DNA from: Narcine bancroftii
Lineage: Eukaryota
Direction of reading: 5' to 3'
NCBI RefSeq assembly: GCF_036971445.1
Contig: NC_091475.1
Span: 189,906,001 to 189,970,000 of the forward strand
DNA: 64,000 bases
The stretch's first letter is position 1, and each line of letters opens with the position of its first letter. Positions 9,530-22,777 of this stretch are shown in pieces. The notes under the pieces are model-generated. The model was not told the DNA's origin. It did not search any database and was given only the letters and a program-made list of their open reading frames with translations. The translations under genes and the position numbers were made by a program.

Positions 9530-11953
9530 AGTGAAACATGAAAGTCTGCAGACACTGTGAACTGCTGGAGGAACTCGGCCGGTCTTTTCACCATCTATAG
9601 GAGACAAAGATATATTGCTGATGTTTTGGCCTGAGCCCTTCTTCGAGGAATAAGCAGAATAAGATGGAAGCAGGAAATCTCAGAAAATCTCAGAATTCAG
9701 ACAATGCTGGTTGGGGGAGGAATGCAGACCAACAAAAAGTGTTAATTGGTTATGAGAAGGGACGAGGTAAGAATTTATGATGTTTATGCGAAAGGAGATG
9801 GAATAGTGAGCCAGACTTAGGGAAAGCAATAGGGGAAGAAGGGAGTGAGGGTTAACAAAAGCCAGAGAAGTTGATATTAACACCATCCAATTGGAGGGTG
9901 CCCAGTCAGAAGATGAAGAGTTGTTCCTCCATTTTAAGGGTGGTCTCAGTCCATGGACAGATATGTCAGTAAGAGAATGGGTCGGAGAATTGAAATTGGT
10001 GGTCTCTGGGAAATCCACAGTATTGTGGTGGACAGAGCCGAGGTGCTCATCGAAGTGATCTCCCAGTCTGTGTCCAGTCTCTCTGATGTAGAGGAGACCA
10101 TAATAGGAGCACCAGATGCAGTAGATGACCCCTGCAGATTCATAAGTGAAATGCTGCTTCACTTGGAAGGACTGTTTGGGTCCCTGAATGGTGTTGAGGG
10201 AGGAGATGTGGGCGCAACTGGACATCTCCTGAGTTCACAGGGGTAGGTCCCAAGGGGACGATTGGTGAGGAGTGGACAAGGGAGTCACAGAGGAAGTGAT
10301 CCCTGTGGAAGGCAAAGAGAGGAGGAGAGGGGAATATGTATCTAGTGGTGGGATCACGTACATCTGATACAATTCACACGCATTCCATCACTTCAAAAAC
10401 CTGAACTTGATCGCCTCATGTTTATCATGGATATCCAATACCAACACACCTCCATTTCCCCATACTGAAGGACTCAAAGCCCTTTATTTCTTTCTGGACA
10501 ATAGACCCAACTATTCCCCCTCCTCCACCACCCTCTTCTGGTGGCATAACTTGACCTCACCCTCAATAATTTCTCCTTTGACTCATCCCACTTTCTCCAG
10601 GTTAAAGGGGTAGCCATGGGTATCTGCATGGGTCCCAGCTATGCCTGCCTTTTTGTTGGCTACATGGAGTAATCCATGCTACAAGCCAACAGAGGCAAGG
10701 CCCCTCAACTCTTCTTCCACTACATCAGTGACTACTTTGGTCCTTCCTCATGTACTCATGATGAACTTATTGACTTCATCAACTTTTCTGCCAACTTCCA
10801 CCCCGACCTCAAATTCACTTGGTCCATCTCTAGCAACACTCTCTCTTTCCTAGATCTCTTTGTTTCCATCTCAGGAGACAAACTCTCAACAGACATCTTC
10901 TACAAACCCACCAAACACCCACAGCTACCTGACTACACCTCTTCCCACCCTGTCTCCTGTAAGGATTCCATTCCATTCTCTCAATTCCTCCATCTCTATC
11001 GCATCAGCACCCAGGATGAGGACTTCAATGCCAGATCATCAGGTATGTCCTCCTTCTTCAAACAACGTGGCTTTCCCTCTACCATCATCAACTCATTCAG
11101 CATTCACCTGCATATCCTCCATTACCTACATATCTGCCCTGGCTCCCTCAGCCCCTATGTGCAACAAGGGCAGGATTCCTCTTTCCTGACCTACCACCCC
11201 ATCAGCCTCTGCATTCAGCACATTCTCCTCCACCATTTCCACCACCTACTGTGTGATCCCACCACTAGACCCTCTCCATATTCCTCAGGGGCTGCTCCCC
11301 CATGATTCCCTTGTCCACTCCTCCCTCCCCACCAATTGTCCCCTTGGGACCTACCACTGTGACCACAGGAGATGCTCCACTTGCGCCCATACCTCCTCCC
11401 TCGACACTATTCTGGGCTCCAAACAGAAGAAGCTGAACGCCGACTGGGAGATCACTTTGTTGAGCACCTTGGCTCTGTCTGCCACAATAGCATGGATCTC
11501 CCAGTGGCTGCCCATTTCAATTCTCCATCCCATTCCCTTGCTGACATGCCTGTCCATGGTCTCATGCACTGCCAGACTGATATCACCTGGAAATTGGAGG
11601 AACAACTCCTCATCTTCTGACTAGGCACTCTCCAAATGGACTTCACTTGCTTTCATAAAACCCTCTCCCCCCCCACCCCCCTCCATCATCTTCCCCTTGC
11701 TCTGACTCTCTATTTGCACAAACATGCTAAATTCTTACCTCATATCTTATCGTATCCGATTAACGCCTTTTGTTGGTCTGGATCCCTCCCCCAGCCAGCA
11801 TTGTGTGAATTCTGAGATTTCCTGCTTCCATCATATTCTGCTTATTCCTTGAAGAAGGGCTCAGTCCAGAAACATCAGCAATATATCTTTACCTCTATAA
11901 ATGCTGAAAAGACCGGCTGAGTTCCTCCAGCTTTTCGGTGTGTTTTTTAACAC
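9530..11953 (+). mobile_element. Penelope-like element with inverted 5' arm (minus-strand GIY-YIG and tail 9530-10360; plus-strand RT, GIY-YIG and tail 10390-11953)
   Basis: RT motifs FIMDIQ, QVKGVAMGICMGPSYACLFVGYME, FFHYISD, LSFLDL, DIFYKPT; GIY-YIG VIYCIWC..LLYIRETGHRLGDHFDEH; two tails in inverted orientation; candidate TSD TAATCTT at 9523-9529 and 11954-11960. Confidence 0.9.
11845..11882 (+). ncRNA. Minimal type I hammerhead-ribozyme-like motif in Penelope tail (core variant)
   Basis: cTTGAAGAagggctcagtccaGAAACatc versus CUGANGA-stem II-GAAAC consensus; one core substitution; inverted copy near 9618-9650. Confidence 0.55.
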
Positions 11954-12245
11954 TAATCTTGTCCAGCTCCATCTTTTTAGCATGTTTACGGCATCAGTTG
12001 TGCTCGGAGTTTATTGCAACGTTCAACCCTGGATGAGTATCAGTTTCTTTTGGGTATATAAAAGCCATCATCTTTAGCCCCTTCATAAACTCAATATCCT
12101 TGTGCTGATTCCATCTCCTTCCAAGCCAGAACATCAAAGATTATTCACAAGCTTGGTGTTCTATTTCATTCTGACCTGAACTTCTGACCTCACATCATCA
12201 AAAAAGGGACTTCTTTCGATGTTTATAACATCATGAGTTTTGCAT

Positions 12246-12345
12246 ATTCTACACCATAACAATAACTGCATTCAGAGGTAATTCATTGGTTGTAAAGATT
12301 TTATAACTCCTGAGTTAATAAAAGGCATGTTATTATTGCAAGCTC
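12246..12345 (+). mobile_element. DeuSINE (SacSINE1/AmnSINE1-like) 3' relic
   Basis: gtaattcattggttgtaaag..tcctgag..aaaggc..tgcaag resembles the recalled DeuSINE 3' end. Confidence 0.55.
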
Positions 12346-14059
12346 TAATTATTATAATTGATATTGTATACAAACATATAAATTCAAGAACTTTCTATTA
12401 TGGTCACTTTAATAAAAATATTTGAATAAAAGAGCCTTATTACCACACTGAATTAGTTTATTTTTCCTTGTTTTTGTGAAGCCTTCATTGATCGACACAT
12501 TGATCAACAGTTTAATATAGGACTAAAGAAGCAAACGTTGCAGGAGATAATTGGAAGTTAACTTTCAGTTACTTGGGGCTTAACGAAAGAATGAGGGTTT
12601 GCAATTAAATGAGACAACAATGAAAGCAGCAGTTGGAATTAATTTTCTGCTCTTTGCAAAGGCTCCGTTTGATATTATTGGACTAGATGAGCAATGTGAA
12701 ACAAGGTTGAATCGTTGAAGTAGATTTTGAGGAGAGATTAAAATATAAAGCTCTATTTGAAAACCTGCACAGAATGGGAACATTCATCAGCGATGTCTCA
12801 GCTTTAGTCAATCCCTGGGGAACGTCATGTCTGTTCTATTCTTCTCAAGTTAATCAAAGCCGCAAAATATCAATGCACTATCCTTTTCTCCATCTTTCAA
12901 TTATTTCCATAGCGGAATTCCCTCCAGATCACATCACCTCCCAAGCATTGTTGCATCGTGTTTCCTTACCCATTCTTACTCACAGAAACTCAAATTTCAT
13001 TCTTTATCCAATCTCCAAGAACTGTGTTTTATAAAAATATTCAATATAATCTTGACTCCTTTTGCTGGGAGTGTCAACTGGGAAGAAGGGGTGGAGGGAA
13101 GAAACAACAGAAATTAAATGTAATAAAATGGATGGAACAGGAATGGAATAAGAGGAAAATATAACCAGAAGAAAGAAGAGACGTGTCTGCATTTAAATCG
13201 AGCTTCATAATCACGATGTTGAGGAATCATATTGATGGCCATTGAGAATCCCATTGTGATGCCTTTGCTGGGCTATTGGTTGTAACATATTCTACATTAA
13301 CTTAATTTCCATGTAGGCGTACCATTATGTTTTCACTATCAGTGCTTTAATGTCATTACTCAACACATAAAAGCACTAAGCTCCCTTGCTACACAATGCA
13401 CTATACTCACAGCTACAAGACAAACTGCTGAACACTCTAAATGAGATTGACCAAGGATTATTTTTCTTTCAATTTTTAAAAATAAAATATGTGATATAGC
13501 AGAACCCTATCCTTTTTACAATACCTGATTTTGATGGGAAAACAGAGACATTGTCATGCAGCAAATCCCCTGTGTCAACACTTCTTTGAACACATGGAAA
13601 CATCCAAGGAGTCAAAAAGATAGATGTGATTGTCCTCTTACCTAACGAAGGAGCTTTGTGTCAATTACAACAAATGTTTGGTTCTGCTTTATGTCAATCA
13701 ACACAACAGCCTGTGGAAAAATTTCTCTCACAGAATAAGCTCATCCGCAAGAAACTAGTTGTTCTCATGTAAGGAAGTATTGCTTGGAACGGACACAAAT
13801 TCAATGTAAAGAGAGCAACAACTAACAATTGCCCTTCTTGGATTTGCCATTGATCTCAATAAACCAATTAACTGAATTGACTTGTTTCCTCTAAAGCACT
13901 CTGGCATCCGTCAAAAGCTGTTGCAGATAGTTGGGCTACTATATTACAACTCAAACAGATTAGTCTTTGAGAGTGACCACCCCACAGTAATCCCAAATTA
14001 CATAAATGGCGTCCTTCAGGAAGATCCTTTGCCCCCATTCATTGGCTGATTATATCATA

Positions 14060-15045
14060 TCAGAATCAGGATTTATTGTCGTGAACAAGTCATGAAATTC
14101 AGTGTTTTGCCACAGCATCAGAGTGCAAACCTTCCTATTATAGCCATCTTACGACATTACTCTTAAAAATAAATAAAATAATAGTGCACAAAAGTAAGGC
14201 AGAGTCTTTGCTTCACTGATTATTCAGGAATCTGATGGTAGCCGGGAAGAAGCTGTCCTTGTGCCGCTAAGTGTTCGTCTTTAGGCTACCTTTTCCCCAA
14301 TGGTAGCAGAGTGAAGAGGGTCAGGCCTGGGTGGTGGGGGTCTTTTGAGGATAGAGGCTGCTTTTTTAAGACTCCACCTCTTGTAGATGACCTTGATGGA
14401 GTGAAGTCTGGTGTCTGTGATGTCACAGGCTGAGTTAACATCCCTCTGGAGTTTATTCTTGTCCTGAGAGTTAGCACCTCCATACCAGGCAGTGATGCAA
14501 CCAGTCAGAATGATCTCCACAATACACCTGTAGAAGTTTACTAGAGTCTTTGGTGACGTACTGAATATCTTCAGACACCTCACAAAGTATAGCCGCTGGT
14601 GAGCCTTCTTCGAGATTGCATCAGCGTGGAGGCCCCAGGACAGATCCTCGGAGATGTTGACACCCAAGAATTTGAAGTTCTTGACCCTTTCTACTACTGA
14701 GCTCTCGATGAGACTCGGTCACATTCCCCGACTTCCTCCTGAAGTCCACAATCATCTCCTTGGTTTTGCTGACATTTAGCGCAAGGCTGTTGTTGTTTCA
14801 TCATTCAACGAGCTGATCAATCTCCCTCCTGTACACTTCCTCATTGCCATCTGTGATTCTGCCAACAACTGTGGTGTCATCGGCAAACCTGTTGATGGCA
14901 TTGAAATTGTGGCTGGCCACACAGTCGTGGGTGTTTAACGAATAAAGCAGTAGGCTAAGCCCACATCCTTGGGGTGCACCTGTGTTGATGATCAGCGAGG
15001 AGGGGACATTGTTTCCAATTCATACTGACTGTGATCTTCCAATAT
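14060..15045 (-). mobile_element. Rex1/Babar-clade LINE, 5'-truncated
   Basis: RT motifs TGAPQGCGLS and FADDTTVVG; ORF 14281-14667 (GVNISEDLSW..KKAHQRLYF..LTGCITAWYG); tail AATAAATCCTGATTCTGA. Confidence 0.9.
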
Positions 15046-15335
15046 ATAATTACAGATCTTCCAATATATAATTTAGACTTCAACACTGACTTTACTTCAA
15101 CATGTGGATATAGAAAAATAACATATTCAGCAAACAATGCCCTTTAGAATTAATTTAAATCTATATTTACCAGGAAGTGAAATTTCAGTATAACCAGAAG
15201 GTGTGGAAAAAAGTCTTTAAGAATTTCAAATGCAAGATTCCTTCACGTTCATGTTTTGTTAAAATTACCAATTTATATACAGTAATCAAATATGTATCGA
15301 CATAACAACACTGTCACTTCCCAATATTGCACTGT

Positions 15336-15452
15336 CTTCTTTGGCTTGGCTTCGCGGACGAAGATTTATAAAGGGGGTAAATGTCCACGTCAGCTGCAGG
15401 CTCGTTTGTGGCTGACAAGTCTGATGCGGGACAGGCAGACACGGTTGCAGCG
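15336..15452 (-). mobile_element. RTE-clade LINE 3' end
   Basis: CNRVCLSRIRLVSHKRACS* and 3'UTR nearly identical to copies at 29650-29776 and 52680-52794. Confidence 0.9.
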
Positions 15453-15824
15453 GTGACAAGTATTATGTCTGTAGCAGTTCAGTCTCTCCCTAATGTCGAG
15501 ATTGTAGTCAGATGGAAATGTTGCAGTTATTTCATAAATTATTGAATGCAATAATTTTCGACCCGTTGCAAATGGCACTTGGTTCAAATGACCATTTGCT
15601 TCCAATAATCTTAAAATGTGAGTCAACAGGCCACCCCAAGCTATAGATTCTTTTTTTTTTTTGATGCAGCGTGCTTGAAATGCTCAACTGAAGAATCTTG
15701 TCTGTTTTTGGTTAGCTCCTACTTGTCCACTGTTTTATAAGAGTGACAAAACATCTCCACCAAAATGGCCGTTGTTATTGTCGTGAGGAATCAACAGTAA
15801 AAGTAACCCAGGCATCATTGCTGT

Positions 15825-15955
15825 CAGAATCAGAATTTATTGTCATGTCACGAAATTCATTGTTTTTTGCAGCAACATCAGAAGTGCCAATATTGCTAAA
15901 AATTAAATTAGATCAAAAGAATAGAAATTGAGGCAGTGTCGATGGTTCATTGACC
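15825..15955 (-). mobile_element. Rex1/Babar LINE 3'UTR fragment
   Basis: cagaatcagaatttattgtcatg..gaaattca similar to 14060-14230. Confidence 0.6.
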
Positions 15956-16095
15956 ATCTATAAAATCTCATTGACGTGATGATTAGCCCAAGGAGTAAAT
16001 GTTTGAAAGTTAGAGTTTTTTCTGTTTCTTTCATAATTCTTTAGCAATATGATGTTAAAATAAAACTCTGCTTTTGGACATGACAGTATCAATTT

Positions 16096-16341
16096 ATTCT
16101 TTGGATGTACTCCTGTGAATCCATTTTGATCGTTGCTCCATGCATTCAACATGCTTTAAAATGATAACAGTTGGGTGTGAAGGGTAAGGGGTGAGATAGC
16201 GTGGAGGACTGTGGGGGAGCAAGTGGTTCCCAAATAGTTTGGCTGTTAACTTGTTCTGCAGGCAACATCTGTTTCTTGCTTCTGAGTCCTTGCCAATGGA
16301 TTCTAGCTGTGATTATTAACGTAAAGCAGCCATGAAGTATT
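16096..16341 (+). repeat. 246-bp segment duplicated at 18701-18946
   Basis: Ungapped direct repeat; 6 substitutions counted by eye. Confidence 0.97.
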
Positions 16342-16907
16342 TTCGGCTTTGCGCAAGACAGCAGATGTTTGTATAATCTAATACATGCAGGAAGAATTAG
16401 GCACCAACATATTGCAAATCAGCTTTGTCAGGATTGCTTGGACTCAGCAAGCTTCAGTCACGGGTTTCTTCTGTTCCACAGCACAAGTCTCCAGATATAA
16501 TTCCTTGCAAACCGTTCAGTGAATTGGCAGAACCAGCCCAGTATGTTCAAGTCCAGCCCACTAGATTCTTGCAGAAACTGCTATCAGGTTAGGAAACATG
16601 TATGGACTCATTGAAATAATATTTAACCTATAGGCAGACAGACCAAAATATAAAAGGACCCTATAGGAACTATAATGGATTTGGACAGCTAAAAATAACT
16701 TAATCTTGTCTGATTTACATTTCTCCAAGATGGATGCCTTTTAGTACAACTTAAATTATATTTTAATTTGCAACAGCATGTAACTTGCAATCAGAAAATG
16801 ACTTCTGACAAGGAAACAACCCTCTGTTGATCAATTAGTTCAGCTAAGCTCTATTTCTTTGCATGGGTGGCTATGCTTCAATCTATATCCTGTTGACTCA
16901 CCAGTAA

Positions 16908-17785
16908 CTCTACACCCATGACTGTGTGGCCAGGCACAATTCATATGCTCTCTACAAATTTGCCAATGACACCACAATTGTCGGCAGAACCACAGATGGC
17001 AATGAAGAAGTGTACAGGAAGGAGAGAGATCAGCTCGTCGACTGGTATCACAACAATAACCTTGCACTCAACATTAGCAAAACTAAGGAACTGATTATGG
17101 ACTTCAGAAAGGGGAAACCAGGAGAACACAAACCAGTCCTCATCGAGGGGGTCAACAGTGATGAGGATAAGAAGCTTCACATTCCTGGGTGTCAGCATCT
17201 CTGAAGATCTATCCTGGAGCCATCACGTCGATGCAATCATGAAAAAGGCCAGCTAGTTGTTATATGTTGTTAAGAGTTTGAGGAGATTTGGTATATCACC
17301 AAAAAATCTTGCAAATTTCTACAGGTGGACCATGACAAGTTGCATCATTGTCTTGTATGGAGATTTCAATGCACAGGTCAGGAAAAGGCGACAGAGGGTT
17401 GTAAATAGGCATTAGTCGTCATAGGCATTAGTCTTCACTCCATTAAAGACAATAGACAATGTCTCAAGAAAGCAGCCTCTATCATCAAGGATCCTCACCA
17501 CCCAGGCCATGCCATCTTCATGCTGCTACCATTAGGGAGGAGGTACAGGAGCGTGAAGACAAACACCCAATGTTACAAAAACAACTTCTTCCCCTCTGCC
17601 ATCAGATTTTTGAACAGACAATGAATCACAATGCTACCTTTTGCACTAATTATTGAATTTTAAATAATATATTGACAGAAATTAATTCATAGCATTTTTT
17701 GCACCTGTAATGAACAGGAATGCTGTCGCAAAACAACAAATTTCATGGCATGTGTTCATGTCAATAAACCTAATTCTGATTCTGA
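16908..17785 (+). mobile_element. Rex1/Babar-clade LINE, 5'-truncated
   Basis: YTHDCVARH..YKFANDTTIVG..LNISKTKELIMDFRK; tail AATAAACCTAATTCTGATTCTGA. Confidence 0.9.
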
Positions 17786-18512
17786 GAATTGTTCAGCGTT
17801 TGGGTCTTGCTGATTGTACAGCAAATATTACTCTTCCCTAATTAGCTTTGAGAAGGTTTTGGTAAATCATACTTTTAGGAAGGAAGTTTCAAGTTTAGAT
17901 ACACTGACCATGAAAGACCGTGTGTTACTTGGAAGGGAACCTCTAGATAGTTATCTTCCCAAATGCTCACTCTCTTGGTCTTTCTTGATGGTAGCATTCA
18001 TGGGTAGGCATGTACTGTTGGAAAACCCTGGATGAATAATTGATCTGCTTATTATACTGTGCATCTGGTGGAAGGAATGCATGTTTAGGGTAGTGGATGG
18101 AAAGGTTAAAAATTATAACAATTTTATGCCCCATATGCTAAAATATCTTACAAAGTACTTTGTAAACATAATTTTTTGCATTACAATTGGTGAGGGAGAT
18201 GACATCATTTCAGTTAGCATGTCTGGCAGTTTTATTGTTGCCAAATAAATGATAGGAAATCAAAAACACTCCAACATGCTCAACATTTTGTAGCAAATTA
18301 AACTTCATAACCAGGAGAAAAGTTATTTACAATAGAGAGTAATAAAAGCAAGATATTGAAACCAATCCAAAAAATCTAGTCTGAAATCTGTTCTGAATAA
18401 ATTAACCTAGCTAACCAACGGGAAGAGAATGAGAGGAAAACTTTGGGAAAGTTGAGATAGGGCAGATGCTTCTTAGGGAGATAATAACTTGATTCCTGAG
18501 CAAACTGATGGG

Positions 18513-20104
18513 TAGAATATAGAACTCAGAACAGTACAGGCCAAGCCCTTCGTCCTGTGATATTGTGCCAACCTATTGTGTTGGGAGGGGTTGTGGCTGT
18601 CATGTGACAGCATTGCCCCCTACCTAGTCAGAAGACACACCAGCTGCCAATCAAGGTTTGGTTCCGTCCACCCATTAGTGCACATCTTGCTGTTGGCTCC
18701 ATTCTTTGGATGTACTCCTGTGAATCCATTTTGATAGTTGCTCCATGCATTCAACATGTTTTAAAATGATAACAGTTGGGTGTGAAGGGTAAGGGGTGAG
18801 ATAGCATGGAGGACTGTGGGGGAGTAAGTGGTTCCCAAATAGTTTGGCTGTTAACTTGTTCTGCAGGCAACTTCTGTTTCTTGCTTCTGAGTCCTTGCCA
18901 ATGGATTCTAGCTGTGATTATTAATGTAAAGCAGCCATGAAGTATTACCTAGACTGCACTCTCCAGCCTGCCTGTACTTGGCCTTGGGACATTGGCTGTT
19001 GTAATTAGATTAACCCTCCTGTCACTGAGCTATTGGCCCCCAGTAAATGATATGGGCTGGACCAGCACTATAAAGGTGCCATGTTCTCTTTGTTCTCTCT
19101 CTTTGCCAGCTTGGGACCACCTTGCTTCACTCCAGGCCTAGAACTGTGGAAGGGTGCTGCAGAAAATGTTGGTAAGATGTGCACTGTTTATAAGGGTTGG
19201 GAGCATTTAATTAGTGTCCCTTGTAGCATAGCGCTGGGCCTGCATTGAGTCAAAGGGTGGTGGGCCATTGTGAATTTTCCCTGATCATTGTATGTACCAG
19301 TTCATTGTGTGCACGCACTCTGCATCAGTTGCCATTTTTCCACACTTGCCTTCTGTAAATAAAATCCTTCCCTACATCAAAACTGTGTTCAGAGTCCTTG
19401 CCTTTGAGACCTACCAACCCTGTTTCCTCAATCACAACAGCTAATATTATCCCACTAAACTCTTCCTATCTCATAACCCTTTGTTTTTCTTTTATCCAAG
19501 TGCCTGGCAGGGAGTCGCTTAAATGCCCCTAACATTTCAGCCTCCTCCACCACCCCTGGCAAGGCATTCCAGGCACACACAACTCTGTGTAAAAGACTTA
19601 CCCCTGATATCTCCCCTAAACTTTCCTCCCTTCATTTTGCACATATAACCTCTAATGTTTGTTAATCCTGCCCTGGGGATGAGAAGCACCTTATCTATGC
19701 CTCTTAGAATCTTGTAGGCCTCTATTAAGTCACCTCTCATTCTTCTTCGCTCCAAAGAGAAAAAGTCCTAGCTCTGCTAACCTTGCCTCATAAGACTTAT
19801 TTTCCAATCCAGGCAACAACCTGGTAAATCTCCTCTGCACCCTCTCCATAGCTTCCACATCCTTCCTTTTATGAGGTAACCAGAACTGAACACAATATTC
19901 TAAAGTGTAGTCTCACCAGAGATTTGTAGAGTTAAAACATGACCACTCGACTCTTGAACTCAATCCTCTATTAATGAATCCCAGCATCCTATAGGCCTTC
20001 TTAACTATCTGATCTATCTGCGTGGCAACCTTGGGAGATGTATGGATTTGGAGCACAAAATCTGTCTTTTCCTCCACACTGTTAAGTATCGACCATTAAC
20101 CCAT
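18513..20104 (-). mobile_element. CR1/HER1 LINE 3' part, interrupted by a solo LTR
   Basis: ORF 19537-19755 ([22 protein letters not shown]); tail split between 18513-18576 and 19440 onward. Confidence 0.88.
18579..19439 (+). mobile_element. Solo LTR containing the 246-bp duplicated segment
   Basis: TGTTG..CAACA termini, TATAAA 19069-19074, AATAAA 19358-19363; interrupts a CR1 tail; no clear TSD. Confidence 0.72.
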
Positions 20105-22420
20105 GCAACTTTTCAGGGTCTTGAGGTTATGGGGGAGTGGGCCACATACACTCAATGACTCCATCCTCCACCTTGCACCCTAGTATAGTCAGACGTGAAG
20201 TGGAGAACATGCATTTCCTCTGGTTATATGAGAGATTTAGGGTTTTAGATGTTTGGAGGAACTTTTGGAGGTCTTGCAAGTTATGACCATGGATGGTCAC
20301 ATTGTCCAGGTAGGGAGAACATGGCTTTCAGTTGGTGGTTATCCACCATTCAGTCCATCTTCCTCTGGAAGACCAAAACTCCATTTGTGATTCCAAAGGG
20401 GACCTTGAGGTAATGGTAGAGACAGTCATCCAACTCAAACGTCGTGTATGGGCTGTCTTCCAGGTGGATCGAGACCTGGTGATAGGTCGACTTGAGGTTG
20501 ATGGTGGAGAAAAATCTGGTACTGGGCAAACTCATTCATCATGTCGGCTATGCAGGGGAAGGGTAAGTGCCCAAGAGGATGAACGGTTGATGTCTGGCTG
20601 TAGTCTATGACCATCCTGTGCTTCTCTCTGCTCTTCGGCACCACTACCTGCACTCTCCAAGGGCTAGTGCTGAGATCTATGATGCCCTCTGCCATGAGTC
20701 TCTTTACCTCAGCCTTGATAAAAGCTGTATTGCCTGCTCTTAGTTGCTACAGGCTTACAGTCAGGAGTGAGATTTATGTACAAGGAGGTGGTGGGACCTA
20801 GTGGGGTGGACAGACCAAAGATCGTGAGCAGTGGGCGGTGTTCGGGTCACTGATTGGCTGTGTTCAGGGAGATGGGCAGGTGGTTTAAAGATTGGTTATC
20901 ATGGACTGTGGGTGTGGGGTGAGGCCCATCATATTCCATCAAAACACTTTTAAGTTGGCACTGCAAGTCCAGCCCCAGGATGACCAGTGCACAGAGTTGT
21001 GGCATTGCAAGTAATTTAAAATTCTTGTACTTGGTGCCACCCATGGTTAGGGTGACTGTGATTTCAATCGAATGGGACTTGGAGACCAATGAGATTTTAC
21101 ACTGGACTGGGGCAATGTGAGGGAGCAGTGCTGTAACGGGCCCTGGTGTATGAAGCTTTCAGTGCTTCCCGTTTTGAACAAGCAGGTCATAGTGCAGGGA
21201 TATACCTCAATGTCCATGGTGGACCTTGCTAATTGATGAGGGCTGCTCTGTGCCAGTATCAGTTCATTGTCTGACTTGCTGCCACTGTATGGGTTCATCG
21301 GCGATCTCCAAGATATCCCACCCAAAAATGGCTGCCCCCATGGTTCTCACACAGTCGCTGCCGGAAGAGAAGCTGGAAGTGACTCTGACCCTGGTCCTCG
21401 TGCCTGGGTCCCCGCCGTGCTGTTCTCCGCGACCGGAAGTGGAGATGGAATTAACACAGTCCCCAATGGCAACAGCTACTTTTTCCATATGATGCTGCAA
21501 GGGGAAGGTCTGGGCCTACATACCCTTTCATAGTTGGAGCAGGTCGTGCTTCTGGCAGGACAGTTCTTCCGTGGGTGCTTTGTCTGGCCACAGTAATGGT
21601 ATTTTGGGTGCTCAGCGATAGCGGCTGCTGTTTGCGACCCCGCGTCCTCACGTGGTGGCTGGATTGCTGGTGGAGTAAGTCTCTGTTGGGCCATCTCTAG
21701 TGCCTTGGCACAATCGACCACATCCTGCAGGGTCCAATTGCCCTTCTCTAAGAGTCTTTGCCTGATATGATCAGACCTGAGACTGGCCACACAGGTGTCG
21801 CTGATCAGCTCCTCCTGGTAGATGGCTGCGGTAATGTCGGTGCAGCCACAGGTCCAAATGTATTCATCAGAGGACTCACCAGGTGCTCGTTGATGGCTGC
21901 CCAGGAGATATTTTGCATAGATTACATTCTTCGGGGCCTGGTAGCTCTTGCAGGAGCCCCATGGTGACAGATTAAGTGTCACAGTCCCTGATCATCTGGA
22001 AAATGCAGTGGCCAACCTGTGCAAACAGCAGGTCTTTCTTATCAACCTCTTCGTGAATATCGTGCCACCTCATAAAGGCATTAAGGATGTGCAGCCTCTG
22101 GTTGAAATTTACGGAGGCCTCTGGATCTCTAGGGTCAGTGTCCAGCTTCTCCACTCAAATAGTCTTATCCATGGCATGTAGGTATAGCGATTAATTTGTA
22201 GCGTTATCAGTTAGACCTGACAAACTAGATCAAGATTAATAGGCTTTAATCATTATAAACTTACAGGCATATCTTACATGATGTTGGCCCAATTCTAAGG
22301 CAGTACTGAGGGAGGGGATGGGGCAGTATTGCCTTTATTAGGAATCCTGGAGGGGGAGGAGTTACAGTATCAGAGGCGGACCAACCTGTCACAATGGCTG
22401 TAATACAATGATCCACCAGA
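20105..22420 (-). mobile_element. Ty3/Gypsy LTR retrotransposon, 3'-truncated (5' LTR about 22197-22420, gag, protease, RT)
   Basis: gag ORFs 21972-22154 and 21476-21982 (IRQRLLE; knuckle YHYCGQTKHPRKNC); protease CLFKTGSTESFI; RT STSPWRVQVVV, RMVIDYSQ, STYHQV, VPFGITNG, YLDNV. Confidence 0.92.
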
Positions 22421-22777
22421 GCAAGAAAGAAATCTCTTCTTATAGATGTGCTCCCTTGAACTTCCATCCATTTTTTAAGACACTTGACTGCATTATGTTC
22501 AGATTCGTATCTCAGTATGTAATAGTTCATGTAGATTTATGTCACAATCTGTCTTTGTAGAGTTCAAGAGAGCAATTGAGTAATTCTGTGTCTAACGATG
22601 CTGTATGGAAAATTGTTCCACTTTGGTTCTTATTTTTTAAAGGAATGTAATTTAATAGTTGCACAACATACACTAGTTTGTTATTAAATTCATTTAATGT
22701 TCATTTTTTTTCTGGAACACAATTAATCTGCATACTTCTGGTTTTCCTCTGAGTTTCTGTCCTGCTCTGACAGTTAT

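Noticed and set aside
15032-15074. 19-bp duplication GATCTTCCAATATATAATT as a LINE TSD
   Set aside because: Both copies lie at the same end of the LINE, so it is a small local tandem duplication
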